64,000 nucleotides of DNA, taken from an uncultured Acidiphilium sp. GTDB lineage: Bacteria; Bacillota; Clostridia; Christensenellales; Borkfalkiaceae. Where the stretch lies: the NCBI GenBank assembly GCA_964532155.1, contig CAZHGN010000001.1:20825-84824 (forward strand), in the 5' to 3' direction. Each line of letters begins with the position of its first letter. The stretch's first letter is position 1. The translations under genes and the position numbers were made by a program. The notes beneath the pieces were generated by a model. It was not told the origin of the DNA. It saw only the letters and a list, made by a program, of their open reading frames with translations, and ran no database searches. Below are positions 8,042 to 18,144 of the stretch, in pieces.

Positions 8042-9904
8042 ATGACTAAAGAAAAGGCAATAAGGATTATAACTATCGTTTCAATTCTGTTGATATCGGT
8101 GGCTGTTATGTGCTTTACGTTAGGCTCGGTGGAGTCGAGCGGTAAAAGCTGGAAGGTCGAACCTCTTTTCAATAAAACCGACGGATATTTAAACGAGAGC
8201 GTTATTCTTGAAAAAGAGGGAACGGTCGATAAGATCTTCGTTAGAATAGGCAACGTCTATAATACCGATAAAAGCGGCGGCATAACTTTTACGATCGACG
8301 TGAGCAGCTCGGAAAAACAAATAAAAGAAACTTCGTATATTGCTTTTACTCGATTTGAACTTTATATTACACCGAGTGAAAATTCGACTTTGGCGCCCGG
8401 CTGGTATTTGCTCGAATCGGAACGCGGTATTTCTAATAAATCGGATCTCGGCATTTCTAATAAATACGTAAAATTTTCGACCAAGCAAAGTTTCGATTTC
8501 GACGAGATAATTTTTATCGACAAAGACGGTAAACAAATCGAAGCCGTTTGCTATGGCGGTTACGATAATATCGGCGGTAGAAAATTCGTGTCCGCAAAAG
8601 ACGACGACGGAACTTTTTCCTCTGTTGCCGACGGACAAAAGAGTTTCGCTTTCGACTCGAAGAGCGTTTTGTCCGCAACAGAAGAAGAATTGCTTTTTAC
8701 TGCATCGAACCTTTATGCGTACGACGGAAGTTACGTTTCTACGGATATTACTCCGTTCGGTGCGATAGTTAACGGTTTAGGCGTGCTATTATTTGGCGCC
8801 ACTCCGTTCGGCGTGCGCTTTATGCCTTTTATATTTTCTGTACTTACGGCAATATTGCTCTATTTCTTTGCCGAAAAAATATTCGGCGGCTATCGCTACG
8901 CCATCGTTGCCGTCGTCGCTTGGCTTTTAACCGGGCTCGGGCTTTCGATCGGCGGCGTCGCGACGGTAACTTCGTCGGCGTTGTTCTTTCTGCTTTTGGC
9001 GTTTTACTGTTTTTATCTTTATTATTCAAGCAAAGAAAAAGCGTACACGATATATCGGTATAAACCGCTGATCGGCGGTGGGTTGTCGCTATCTTTCGCG
9101 CTCGGTTGCGATCCGTTCGTATTGGCTGCGTTGCCTGCGGCAATTGCGATCTGCGTATTTACGGCAGTTAAGCCGATTGCCGTCTCGAAAAGGGAATATT
9201 CGGTGGCAACCGGGCTTGCCAGAGAGTATGCTCGCGAGCGCTACGTAGGCACACTCGTCCGTACTATTTTATGGTCGACGCTTTGCCTTATCGTTATCCC
9301 TTTTGCGGGGCTGGTTTTGTCTTACGTAATATTCTATCCTATATATTCCGTCGTTTATTCTAAAAGCGGATTTTTCGCAGTCGCTTTTTCGGCAATCGGT
9401 TCGGCGTTATCGGGCGGCGGCTCGAATGCTTTTGGCTGGCTTATAGGTTTAGGTAGCGAGGAACTTGCAGGCATTGCGCCGCGTGCGATATTTGCAAATA
9501 AAGCGGTCGTCGTTATTTCGCTTGCGCTTTCCGTATTTACCGCGGTGCATTGGGTTCTTTTTTCAAGGAAGAATACGACTAAATTGACTATTTACGAAAA
9601 AGTTACCCTAAAAGCGGATTACGCGTTTTTAACCGTGACTTTCGTTTTGACTTTTATTTTCGGACTATTATTCGGAATAAGAACGGATTATTCGCGCTTT
9701 GCGTATTCGTTGGTTTTCTTGATTTTTGCAATTCCTTATTCGTACAAGGAATACGGCAATAGCGAGCGTAAAATGGTTTTTGGCTTGATCATGACGGCTG
9801 TTATAGTGATATCGGCACTGTTTTTCATTCTTTCCGTCGTGGGCTTTTTGGGGATTAACTTGCCGAACGGAATAGCCGACTATTTATACGGTTGGATGCT
9901 TTAA
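8042..9904 (+). CDS. Polytopic membrane protein, GT-C superfamily (ArnT/PMT_2-like) glycosyltransferase candidate with an expanded first extracytoplasmic loop
   Basis: ATG at 8042 has GGAGG 5 nt upstream (the ORF-track start is 8021). TM1 is followed by a ~190-aa non-membrane domain. Then comes SATEEELLFTASNLYAYDG...FGATPFGVRFMPFIFSVLTAILLYFFAEKIFG, which resembles the acidic-motif/first-TM-bundle region of ArnT/PMT_2 enzymes. About 10 further TM helices follow. Confidence 0.4.
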   Translation: MTKEKAIRIITIVSILLISVAVMCFTLGSVESSGKSWKVEPLFNKTDGYLNESVILEKEGTVDKIFVRIGNVYNTDKSGGITFTIDVSSSEKQIKETSYIAFTRFELYITPSENSTLAPGWYLLESERGISNKSDLGISNKYVKFSTKQSFDFDEIIFIDKDGKQIEAVCYGGYDNIGGRKFVSAKDDDGTFSSVADGQKSFAFDSKSVLSATEEELLFTASNLYAYDGSYVSTDITPFGAIVNGLGVLLFGATPFGVRFMPFIFSVLTAILLYFFAEKIFGGYRYAIVAVVAWLLTGLGLSIGGVATVTSSALFFLLLAFYCFYLYYSSKEKAYTIYRYKPLIGGGLSLSFALGCDPFVLAALPAAIAICVFTAVKPIAVSKREYSVATGLAREYARERYVGTLVRTILWSTLCLIVIPFAGLVLSYVIFYPIYSVVYSKSGFFAVAFSAIGSALSGGGSNAFGWLIGLGSEELAGIAPRAIFANKAVVVISLALSVFTAVHWVLFSRKNTTKLTIYEKVTLKADYAFLTVTFVLTFIFGLLFGIRTDYSRFAYSLVFLIFAIPYSYKEYGNSERKMVFGLIMTAVIVISALFFILSVVGFLGINLPNGIADYLYGWML

Positions 9905-9931
9905 TACGCTTTTACGAGGGGGATGAGGTGC

Positions 9932-11458
9932 ATGCTAAGTAAGGTAAAAGGGCTGGGAATAATCGGACTCGACGCCTTTGAGGTTGAGGTTGAAACCGAT
10001 ATCGGATCGGGGCTTCCTCGGTTCGACGTCGTCGGCTTGCCCGATGCGGCTGTTAGAGAATCGCGCGAGCGTGTGCGCTCGGCAATAAAAAACAGCGGAA
10101 AATATTTTCCTATGGGCGTCGTTACGGTAAATCTTGCGCCTGCCGACGTTAAAAAAGAAGGGGCATACCTCGATTTGCCGATTGCAGTCGGCATAGTTAA
10201 GGCGTCGTCGGAAATTATAAAAAACGATATAAGCGACTACGTTTTTATAGGCGAACTTTCTCTCGACGGAAAACTTCGTTCGGTAAACGGGATTATGCCG
10301 CTAATTATTTCGGCAAAGGCTTTGGGAGTAACGAAATTTGTTATTCCCGAGGGTAACGCCAAAGAAGCGGAGTACGTCGAGGGCACCGAGGTTTACGCTT
10401 GCAAAAGTTTAAACGAAGTTATCGGTCTTCTTGCGGGCACGCTCGAGGTTCAACCGGTTCCCCATCTTACGTATGAGCCGTCCGCCGTATCCGAATTTTC
10501 GGACGATTTAAAATACGTAAAAGGGCAGGCGGCGGCAAAACGTGCCCTCGAGGTTGCAGTTAGCGGCGGCCATAACATACTGCTCGTCGGTGCGCCGGGC
10601 GCGGGAAAAACTATGCTTGCTCGGTGTATTCCTTCGATTATGCCGCACATGAGTTTCGAAGAGGCGCTCGAAACGACTAAAATTCATTCGGTCGCCGGTT
10701 TTTTAAAGGACGGAGACGGCATTGTCGGAACTCGTCCGTTTTACACACCGCATCATACGGCTTCTAATATAGCGCTTATCGGCGGCGGAGCGGGTGCAAA
10801 ACCGGGCGTTATCAGCCTTGCTCATAACGGAGTGCTTTATCTTGATGAAATGCCCGAATATTCGCGCAGTACGCTCGAAAGCTTAAGGCAGCCGCTTGAA
10901 GATCGTATCGTTACCGTGTCGAGAGCGAGAACGACGATCGAATACCCTGCAAGTTTTATGCTTGTAGGAAGCATGAATCCGTGCCCTTGCGGCAATTACG
11001 GTTCTAAAAACGCCGAATGCAGATGTTCTGCTTCTCAAATAGAAAAATACCGCGCTCGAATATCCGGTCCGTTGCTTGACCGTATCGACCTTCAAATCGA
11101 GGTCGACGGCGTAACTTACGACGACCTTACTGCGGACGGAACGGAAGAACCTTCGGTCGAGGTGAGAAAGCGCGTTAATCGCACGCGTATGATTCAGCGC
11201 GAACGATTTATCGACGACGGTATAAGAACCAACGCCGAAATGAAAGAGAAACAGCTCGAAAAATATTGCGCTCTATCGCCCGAAAGCGAGCAGATTATGC
11301 GCATGTCCTTCGATTCGCTCGGTTTGTCGGCTCGCGGCAGAAGTCGAATACTGAAAGTCGCTCGTACCATAGCCGATATGAGCTTGGAAGAAAATATATT
11401 ACCCGAGCATATACTCGAAGCGATAGGATACAGGAACTTTTCTTTTGCGAAACGCTAA
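9932..11458 (+). CDS. YifB/ComM-family Mg-chelatase-like AAA+ ATPase
   Basis: N-terminal Lon-protease-like domain, Walker A LLVGAPGAGKTML and Walker B VLYLDEMPE. C-terminal Cys cluster is CPCGNYGSKNAECRC. The ATG at 9932 has better SD spacing than the one at 9923. Confidence 0.9.
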   Translation: MLSKVKGLGIIGLDAFEVEVETDIGSGLPRFDVVGLPDAAVRESRERVRSAIKNSGKYFPMGVVTVNLAPADVKKEGAYLDLPIAVGIVKASSEIIKNDISDYVFIGELSLDGKLRSVNGIMPLIISAKALGVTKFVIPEGNAKEAEYVEGTEVYACKSLNEVIGLLAGTLEVQPVPHLTYEPSAVSEFSDDLKYVKGQAAAKRALEVAVSGGHNILLVGAPGAGKTMLARCIPSIMPHMSFEEALETTKIHSVAGFLKDGDGIVGTRPFYTPHHTASNIALIGGGAGAKPGVISLAHNGVLYLDEMPEYSRSTLESLRQPLEDRIVTVSRARTTIEYPASFMLVGSMNPCPCGNYGSKNAECRCSASQIEKYRARISGPLLDRIDLQIEVDGVTYDDLTADGTEEPSVEVRKRVNRTRMIQRERFIDDGIRTNAEMKEKQLEKYCALSPESEQIMRMSFDSLGLSARGRSRILKVARTIADMSLEENILPEHILEAIGYRNFSFAKR

Positions 11459-11475
11459 GCGACTAAGGAGCAACT

Positions 11476-12573
11476 ATGGATAAAGTGCTTTTAAATCACC
11501 TTGCGATTATACTTCTCGACTCTTACGAAGGGCTGGAATATAAACACAAAGCGGCTGTTATCTCGTTATATCGCGCCGCAGGTGATATTTTTTCGGACGT
11601 GGACGGTGCGGCAAATTATATCGAAGAAAATTTGGGCGCTTCCGCGGCAAATACCATACGTCGTTCTTTTAATATCGAACAGGCGCAAAACGCGGCGGCT
11701 CGTTTAGAAAAACGTGGCGTAACCGCTTTGGCTTTTACCGACGACGGTTATCCGACCGATATTCTAAATTATCCGCTTTATCCGCTCGTGCTTTATTGTA
11801 AAGGCAATATCAAATTGCTTAAGGCAAAAAGAAAGTTTGCTATAGTCGGATCGAGAAAAACGCTCGGCTTTGCTTTAAAAACGACCGAAGCCATTTCAAA
11901 AGAACTTTCCGAAAACGGAGTAGTCGTTGTGACCGGGAGCGCGCTCGGCGGCGACCGTAGTGCTCTACTTGGTGCCTTAAAGAGCGGAAACGTTATTAGC
12001 GTACTTGCTCACGGACACGACCATTTATACCCCGAAAGCAATCGCTCGCTTATCGAAGACGTGGAAGAAAGCGGTTTGGTTATATCGGAATATCCGCCCG
12101 AAACCGCTCCCGCGGCTTGGCGCTATCCCGTTCGTAACAGGATTATCGCCGCTTTGGGTGACGGCTTATTGGTTGCCAGCGGTAATATGGAAAGTGGCAC
12201 GCGCCACACGGCAAAATACGCCGAGGCATACAGTAAAAGCATTTACGCATATCCTTATTCGCTCGGCGAAACGAGTGGCGAAATATGCAATCTTCTAATC
12301 AAACTCGGGAAAGCCGCTCTCGTTGAAACGGCAGAGGACGTCGCACTCGGCGAGGGAATAAATCTTAAAGAGCGTAAAGCGGTCGATCTTTCCGAAAAGG
12401 AAGCCGAAGTTTTTTCTGCAATAGACGGAAAAATAACGGTCGATGAATTATGTATTAAAACGGGAAAAAAGGCGTTTGAACTTATTCCCATTTTATCGAT
12501 GCTCGAAATAAAAGGCGTTATTTCCAAAGAAAACGGCAATTCATACGTTGCCTTGACGAGAAAAAATCGTTAG
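11476..12573 (+). CDS. dprA: DNA-processing protein DprA
   Basis: The Rossmann-like DprA core is FAIVGSRKTL, VVVTGSALGGDRSA and GTRHTAKYA. A C-terminal winged-helix-like tail is present. The dprA-topA adjacency is typical. Confidence 0.85.
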   Translation: MDKVLLNHLAIILLDSYEGLEYKHKAAVISLYRAAGDIFSDVDGAANYIEENLGASAANTIRRSFNIEQAQNAAARLEKRGVTALAFTDDGYPTDILNYPLYPLVLYCKGNIKLLKAKRKFAIVGSRKTLGFALKTTEAISKELSENGVVVVTGSALGGDRSALLGALKSGNVISVLAHGHDHLYPESNRSLIEDVEESGLVISEYPPETAPAAWRYPVRNRIIAALGDGLLVASGNMESGTRHTAKYAEAYSKSIYAYPYSLGETSGEICNLLIKLGKAALVETAEDVALGEGINLKERKAVDLSEKEAEVFSAIDGKITVDELCIKTGKKAFELIPILSMLEIKGVISKENGNSYVALTRKNR

Positions 12574-12654
12574 CGGATATATTCTTGCAAACGGTATCGA
12601 ATAAAAAGTTATAAATAAGAAATCATATAAAGCGGTATACCGCACGGAGTAAAT

Positions 12655-14937
12655 ATGCAGCTTATAATAGTTGAGTCGCCGTCAAAGGCGAAAACAATCG
12701 AAAAATACCTTAAAGGCAAGTTTAAGGTTGACGCAAGCGAGGGACACGTAAGAGATTTGCCCGAAAAAAGGCTCGGCGTTAGTATAAACAATAATTACGA
12801 ACCCAATTACGTTATATCTGCCGATAAAAAGCAAATTATTAAACGCCTTTCGGATAAGGTCGCCAAAGCCGACAAAGTTTATCTCGCAACCGACCCGGAC
12901 CGCGAGGGCGAGGCTATTTCTTGGCATCTTATGGAAGTTTTAAAACTTCAGGGTAAAGCGCAGAGAATAGTTTTTAATGAGGTAAGCGAAAAGGCAATTT
13001 TAAACGCGCTTGCCAATCCGCGCGTAATTAATCAAAACCTCGTCGATTCACAGCAGGCAAGGCGAGTTCTCGACCGCTTGGTGGGTTACAAACTCAGTCC
13101 GTTTTTGTGTAAACGCATTAAGGAAGGTTTGTCCGCAGGGCGCGTTCAGTCGGTAACGCTTAGATTAATCGTCGATAGGGAAAAGGAAATAAAGGCATTT
13201 AATCCGCAAGAATATTGGAATGTATTCGCTACGCTTAAAGCCGCAACGCCTCCTCAATTCAAAACTCTTCTCGTTGAAAAGAACGGAAAGAAGTATAAAC
13301 CGTCGAGCAAGGTTGAAAACGACGAACTCATTACATTGCTTAATTCGGGCAATTTCGTCGTTTCTTCGGTAAAGAAAAGCGTCGTTAAGTCGCACGCGTT
13401 GCCGCCCTTTACTACGAGCACGATGCAGCAGGACGCTTCCAATAAACTTAATATGAGTTCGCCGATGATAATGTCGGTTGCGCAACATCTTTACGAAGGT
13501 ATCGAAACGCCGTCCGGGCATTTGGCGCTCGTAACGTATATCAGAACGGACTCCGTTCGCGTAAGTACGGATGCGCAAGCGGCGGCTCGCTCGTTTATCG
13601 CAGATAAGTACGGCAGGGAATACGTACCTGCAAAGCCCAATTTTTATAAATCCAAAGGAAACAGTCAGGATGCGCACGAGGCTATTCGCCCGATAGATCT
13701 TTCGGTTACGCCCGAAAGCCTTAAGGGTGTTTTAGATAAAAATCACTATAATCTTTACAAGCTTATATACGACCGTTTCCTTGCTTCGCAAATGGCTGAA
13801 GCCGTTTACGATCAGCTTAAAATCGAGGTAACAAATTCAGGTTATACGTTTGCTACGAGCGGAAAAACCGTGGCTTTTAAGGGGTTTACCGTCGTTTACG
13901 ACGATTTTGGTAAGGACGACGAGGACGGCGCGGAGAATAAGCATTTACCCGACATAAAAGAGGGCGACGTTCTAAAAACGGTCAAGATTGACGGCGAACA
14001 AAAATTCACAAAGCCCCCCGTTCGTTATACCGACGCTTCGCTCGTCAAGGCGATGGAAGATAAGGGGATAGGCAGACCGTCGACTTACGCTTCGATTATA
14101 TCCGTATTGTCTAAGCGCAAGTATACGGCTAAGGAAGGGCGTTTTATCGTTCCGACCGAAATTGCGTTTAACATGACGGATATGCTTATTAAGTATTTCC
14201 CCGATATCATGGACGTCGGTTTTACCGCAGGTATGGAAGATAAACTCGACGATATCGAGAACGGCGGCAAGGATTGGCGCGGAATTATCGGTGATTTTTA
14301 TCCGCATTTTGCCGAACAACTTGCAACCGCCAATTCGGACGGCGATGAGGAAACGGACGTCGTTTGCGAGAAATGCGGTGCGAAAATGATAAGAAAATCG
14401 GGCAGATACGGCAAGTATTTGGCTTGTTCGAATTATCCCGCTTGCTCTAATATTAAATCCGAAAGTTTTGAAGAATCCGACGTGCTTTGCGAGAAGTGCG
14501 GCGCAAAAATGGTTGTAAAATCCGGTAAATACGGCAAATTCCTTGCTTGCCCCAATTATCCCACTTGCTCGTTCGTTAAACCTCTCGATCAAGAGACGAC
14601 TGACGAAAAATGCGAGAAGTGCGGCGGCGCAATGGTTGTTAAAAAAGGCAAATTCGGCAAATATCTTTATTGCGGCGCTTGCAAAAACACTAAGAGTTTG
14701 ACCGAAGAAGCGGGCGTTTGCCCCGTATGCCACAAGCCCACGCGCAAGATGACCTCGAGGGCGGGAAAGACTTTTTACGGATGCTCGTCTTACCCCGATT
14801 GTACGTTTATGAGTTGGGATATGCCTACGGGCGAGCTTTGCCCGAAATGCGGCAAATTTCTCGTTTATTCTAAGGACGGAAAGACCAAGAAGTGTTCGGG
14901 AAAAGATTGTGATTATTCTTTGAAAAATGATAAATAA
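12655..14937 (+). CDS. topA: DNA topoisomerase I (type IA)
   Basis: TOPRIM is IIVESPSKAKTIEKYL and DPDREGEAI. The catalytic Tyr region is TYIRTDS. Five C-terminal Cys4 zinc ribbons are present. Confidence 0.95.
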   Translation: MQLIIVESPSKAKTIEKYLKGKFKVDASEGHVRDLPEKRLGVSINNNYEPNYVISADKKQIIKRLSDKVAKADKVYLATDPDREGEAISWHLMEVLKLQGKAQRIVFNEVSEKAILNALANPRVINQNLVDSQQARRVLDRLVGYKLSPFLCKRIKEGLSAGRVQSVTLRLIVDREKEIKAFNPQEYWNVFATLKAATPPQFKTLLVEKNGKKYKPSSKVENDELITLLNSGNFVVSSVKKSVVKSHALPPFTTSTMQQDASNKLNMSSPMIMSVAQHLYEGIETPSGHLALVTYIRTDSVRVSTDAQAAARSFIADKYGREYVPAKPNFYKSKGNSQDAHEAIRPIDLSVTPESLKGVLDKNHYNLYKLIYDRFLASQMAEAVYDQLKIEVTNSGYTFATSGKTVAFKGFTVVYDDFGKDDEDGAENKHLPDIKEGDVLKTVKIDGEQKFTKPPVRYTDASLVKAMEDKGIGRPSTYASIISVLSKRKYTAKEGRFIVPTEIAFNMTDMLIKYFPDIMDVGFTAGMEDKLDDIENGGKDWRGIIGDFYPHFAEQLATANSDGDEETDVVCEKCGAKMIRKSGRYGKYLACSNYPACSNIKSESFEESDVLCEKCGAKMVVKSGKYGKFLACPNYPTCSFVKPLDQETTDEKCEKCGGAMVVKKGKFGKYLYCGACKNTKSLTEEAGVCPVCHKPTRKMTSRAGKTFYGCSSYPDCTFMSWDMPTGELCPKCGKFLVYSKDGKTKKCSGKDCDYSLKNDK
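14359..14910 (+). repeat. Five tandem zinc-ribbon modules inside topA (coding repeat)
   Basis: The peptide repeats are CEKCGAKMIRKSGRYGKYLACSNYPAC, CEKCGAKMVVKSGKYGKFLACPNYPTC, CEKCGGAMVVKKGKFGKYLYCGAC, CPVCHKPTRKMTSRAGKTFYGCSSYPDC and CPKCGKFLVYSKDGKTKKCSGKDC. The first three are also visibly similar at the nucleotide level. Confidence 0.85.
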
Positions 14938-16243
14938 AACTATAAAAATTATAGGCGGCGGGCTTGCCGGATGCGAAGCGGCTTATTATCTTGCAAAAAG
15001 AGGTTATAAGGTTTACTTGGCGGATATTAAGCCGCGCGCCTTTACTCCGGCGCATTCCAACGTCGATTTTTGCGAACTTGTTTGCTCTAATTCGCTTAAG
15101 TCTGACGACGTTTACGGAAACGCTTGCGGATTGCTTAAGGAGGAAATGAGGCGGCTCGGAAGCCTCGTGATCCCTTGCGCCGACAAGACTCGCATTCCTG
15201 CCGGGAACGCGCTTGCCGTCGACCGCGACGCCTTTGCGGCGCTCGTAACCTCGTCAATTAAGGCAATGGAAAACGTCGAGGTAGTGTGCGAGGAGGTAAC
15301 GGAAATCGATTTTTCCGTGCCGACGATTGTTGCTACCGGACCGCTGACAACCGGCGCGCTGTGCGATTTTATTGCTAAAGAAACGGGTTCGCTCTTCTTT
15401 TTCGATGCCGCCGCGCCTATAGTTACCGCCGAGAGTATTGACTACGAGAACGCGTTTTTCGCCGATCGCTACGGCGAAGCGGGTAAGGGCGATTATTTGA
15501 ATTGCCCGATGGATAAAGAAGCTTACGAAGCTTTTTACGACGAATTAATTAACGCGAAAAGGGCGCAACTTCATGACTTCGAGAACGCGAAAGTATTCGA
15601 AGGGTGTATGCCAGTCGAGGTTATGGCGGCGCGCGGTAGGGATACGCTTAGATTCGGACCGCTAAAGCCTGCGGGTCTTACCGATCCCAAAACCGGAAGA
15701 TGGCCTTACGCGTGTTTGCAATTACGCAAGGAAAACGCTCAAGCTTCCCTGTATAATTTGGTCGGTTTTCAGACTAATTTATTGTTTGGCGAGCAAAAAA
15801 GGGTGTTTTCGATGTTTCCCGCGTTAAAAAACGCCGAGTTCGTAAGATACGGCGTAATGCATAAAAACACTTTCATCGATTCGCCTAAGTCGCTCGATAA
15901 GTATTTTAAGCTAAGAAACAGACCTTTTACTTATTTTGCCGGGCAAATCACCGGCGTAGAAGGGTACGTGGAAAGTGCCGCTTCCGGGCTTGCCGCGGCT
16001 ATTAATCTCGATCGTCAATTATCGGGGGTTCCGCCTATCGAATGGGATGCACGCACCGTTATGGGTGCGCTGTCTTGCTACGTTAGCACTGCAAACGCAG
16101 ATTTTCAGCCGATGAATGCTAATTTCGGCATACTTGCACCTATATCTTGCGGTAGCGGCAGAGTTCAAAAAGAAGCGAAAAAGCGCGCGCTTGCAGAGCG
16201 TTCGCTTACCGAAATAGAAAAAATTGCACAATCTTTAGAATAA
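14927..16243 (+). CDS. trmFO: Methylenetetrahydrofolate--tRNA-(uracil54-C5)-methyltransferase TrmFO
   Basis: FAD-binding IKIIGGGLAGCEAAYYLAKRG. Size is 438 aa. The topA-trmFO-hslVU order matches Bacillus. Confidence 0.93.
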   Translation: MINKTIKIIGGGLAGCEAAYYLAKRGYKVYLADIKPRAFTPAHSNVDFCELVCSNSLKSDDVYGNACGLLKEEMRRLGSLVIPCADKTRIPAGNALAVDRDAFAALVTSSIKAMENVEVVCEEVTEIDFSVPTIVATGPLTTGALCDFIAKETGSLFFFDAAAPIVTAESIDYENAFFADRYGEAGKGDYLNCPMDKEAYEAFYDELINAKRAQLHDFENAKVFEGCMPVEVMAARGRDTLRFGPLKPAGLTDPKTGRWPYACLQLRKENAQASLYNLVGFQTNLLFGEQKRVFSMFPALKNAEFVRYGVMHKNTFIDSPKSLDKYFKLRNRPFTYFAGQITGVEGYVESAASGLAAAINLDRQLSGVPPIEWDARTVMGALSCYVSTANADFQPMNANFGILAPISCGSGRVQKEAKKRALAERSLTEIEKIAQSLE

Positions 16244-16261
16244 AAATTACGGAGAATTAAC

Positions 16262-16801
16262 ATGAGTATAGAATTTCGTGGAACGACGATTTGTGCCGTT
16301 TCGAGAAACGGTCAAACGGCTATTGCCGGCGACGGTCAAGTTACGATGGGCGAAAGCGTCGTTTTTAAGAATAATTCGGTTAAAGTAAGAAGAATTTACG
16401 GTGGCAAGGTGATAATCGGCTTTGCAGGTTCGGTGTCGGATGCCTTTTCGCTCACCGAGCGTTTCGAGGGCATGCTTAATAAGTATTCGGGCAATTTAAC
16501 TCGCAGCGCGGTTGAACTTGCCGAACTTTGGCGAAACGACAAAATGCCGCGTAAACTCGACGCGATGATGATCGTTGCGGATAAAACTACGATGCTCGTT
16601 CTTTCTGGTACGGGCGAGGTGATCGAACCGGACGGCAACGTTTGCGCTATCGGAAGCGGCGGAAATTATGCCTTGGCGGCGGCTCGCGCACTTTTTGACG
16701 AAACCGATTACGATGCTGCGACCATTGCCGAAAAAGCGCTTAGAATTGCAAGCAGAATCTGCGTTTTTACAAACGACCACATTACGGTCGAGCAAATTTA
16801 A
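16262..16801 (+). CDS. hslV: ATP-dependent protease subunit HslV (ClpQ)
   Basis: 179 aa. The N-terminal RGTTICAV carries the Thr nucleophile. [14 protein letters not shown] is present. Confidence 0.93.
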   Translation: MSIEFRGTTICAVSRNGQTAIAGDGQVTMGESVVFKNNSVKVRRIYGGKVIIGFAGSVSDAFSLTERFEGMLNKYSGNLTRSAVELAELWRNDKMPRKLDAMMIVADKTTMLVLSGTGEVIEPDGNVCAIGSGGNYALAAARALFDETDYDAATIAEKALRIASRICVFTNDHITVEQI

Positions 16802-16813
16802 GGGAGGCGTTTT

Positions 16814-18124
16814 ATGAATTTAACTCCTAAACAAATCGTTAAAGAACTCGATAAATACGTCATAGGTCAGGACGAAGCGAAAAAAGCCGTAGCGATTGCG
16901 CTTAGAAATCGTTACCGCAGAAGCCGCTTGCCACTCGACGTGATGGAAGAAATAACCCCTAAAAATATTATAATGAAAGGACCGACCGGCGTTGGTAAAA
17001 CCGAAATTGCCAGAAGACTTGCAAAGCTCGTCAAGGCGCCTTTTATTAAGGTCGAAGCGACCAAGTATACAGAAGTAGGTTACGTCGGGCGCGACGTCGA
17101 ATCTATGATAAGAGACCTCGTTGAGTGCTCTATCCGTTTGGTTCGCGACGAATATTTTTCCGAAGTAAGAGCCAAGGCTGAAAGAGTTGCGCTCAAGCGT
17201 TTATCGGATGCAGTTTGCACTGCGCTCAATAGTCAGCGTGCCGAAGGCGTTGAAGAGATAAATCCCAATCAAGCCCTCGACGGTATAAACGAAGGCATTT
17301 ACGACGACATGGTCGTAGAGGTTACCGTCAAGGATATGCCAAAGCCTATGGAACTTGTTCCCGGTGGTGCGGAAATCAACCTCGGTTCGATATTCGGCGA
17401 TATGATGCCGCAGAAGAAGAAAAAGAAAAAAATGACGGTAAAAGAGGCGCGTAAGCTTTTCGTTGAAGAGGAAGCCGACAAACTTATCGATGAAGACGCC
17501 GTTGTTACCGAGGGGGTTAGAAGAGCCGAACAAGAGGGTATAATTTTTATCGACGAAATCGATAAAATTGCAGGGAAGTCGGATAAAAACGGCGGTCCTG
17601 ACGTTTCTCGTGAGGGCGTTCAACGCGACATTTTGCCCATAGTCGAGGGATGTTCGGTACAAACCAAATACGGCGTAGTTAAAACGGACTATATTCTGTT
17701 TATTGCAGCGGGCGCCTTCCATGTCTCGTCCGTTCAAGATCTTATACCCGAATTACAAGGGCGTTTTCCGGTTCTCGTTGAACTGTCGAGTTTGACAAAA
17801 GAGGATTTTAAGAATATACTCACAATTCCCAAGAATGCCATTACGTTGCAGTATACGACTTTGCTCGAGGTCGATAACGTTAAGCTTGTTTTTACCGACG
17901 ATGCGATTGACGAAATTGCAGGGCTTTCCGCCGCAATTAACGAGCGTTCCGAGGATATCGGAGCAAGGCGCCTTCACACCGTAATGGAAGGCTTGCTCGA
18001 GGATATATCCTTTAATGCGGGCGGCGATCATCCGATGACCGAGGTCATTATCGATAAAAAATACGTCGACGAGCATCTTGCCGAGGCAGTTAGAAATCAA
18101 GATCTTAAGAAATTTATTCTTTAA
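16814..18124 (+). CDS. hslU: ATP-dependent protease ATPase subunit HslU (ClpY)
   Basis: Walker A GPTGVGKTEIARRLA and Walker B IIFIDEIDKI, with an intermediate I-domain. It follows hslV by 12 nt. Confidence 0.95.
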   Translation: MNLTPKQIVKELDKYVIGQDEAKKAVAIALRNRYRRSRLPLDVMEEITPKNIIMKGPTGVGKTEIARRLAKLVKAPFIKVEATKYTEVGYVGRDVESMIRDLVECSIRLVRDEYFSEVRAKAERVALKRLSDAVCTALNSQRAEGVEEINPNQALDGINEGIYDDMVVEVTVKDMPKPMELVPGGAEINLGSIFGDMMPQKKKKKKMTVKEARKLFVEEEADKLIDEDAVVTEGVRRAEQEGIIFIDEIDKIAGKSDKNGGPDVSREGVQRDILPIVEGCSVQTKYGVVKTDYILFIAAGAFHVSSVQDLIPELQGRFPVLVELSSLTKEDFKNILTIPKNAITLQYTTLLEVDNVKLVFTDDAIDEIAGLSAAINERSEDIGARRLHTVMEGLLEDISFNAGGDHPMTEVIIDKKYVDEHLAEAVRNQDLKKFIL

Positions 18125-18144
18125 TTGCGTTAAGGAGCTAACCA

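Noticed and set aside
14359-14700. Regularly spaced nucleotide repeats that could be mistaken for a CRISPR-like array
   Set aside because: They are in frame within topA and encode zinc-ribbon modules. The sequences between them are also coding.
13972-14733. 253-aa ORF antisense to the topA zinc-ribbon region
   Set aside because: It is a shadow ORF opposite a confidently identified gene. Its repetitive sequence mirrors the coding repeats of topA.
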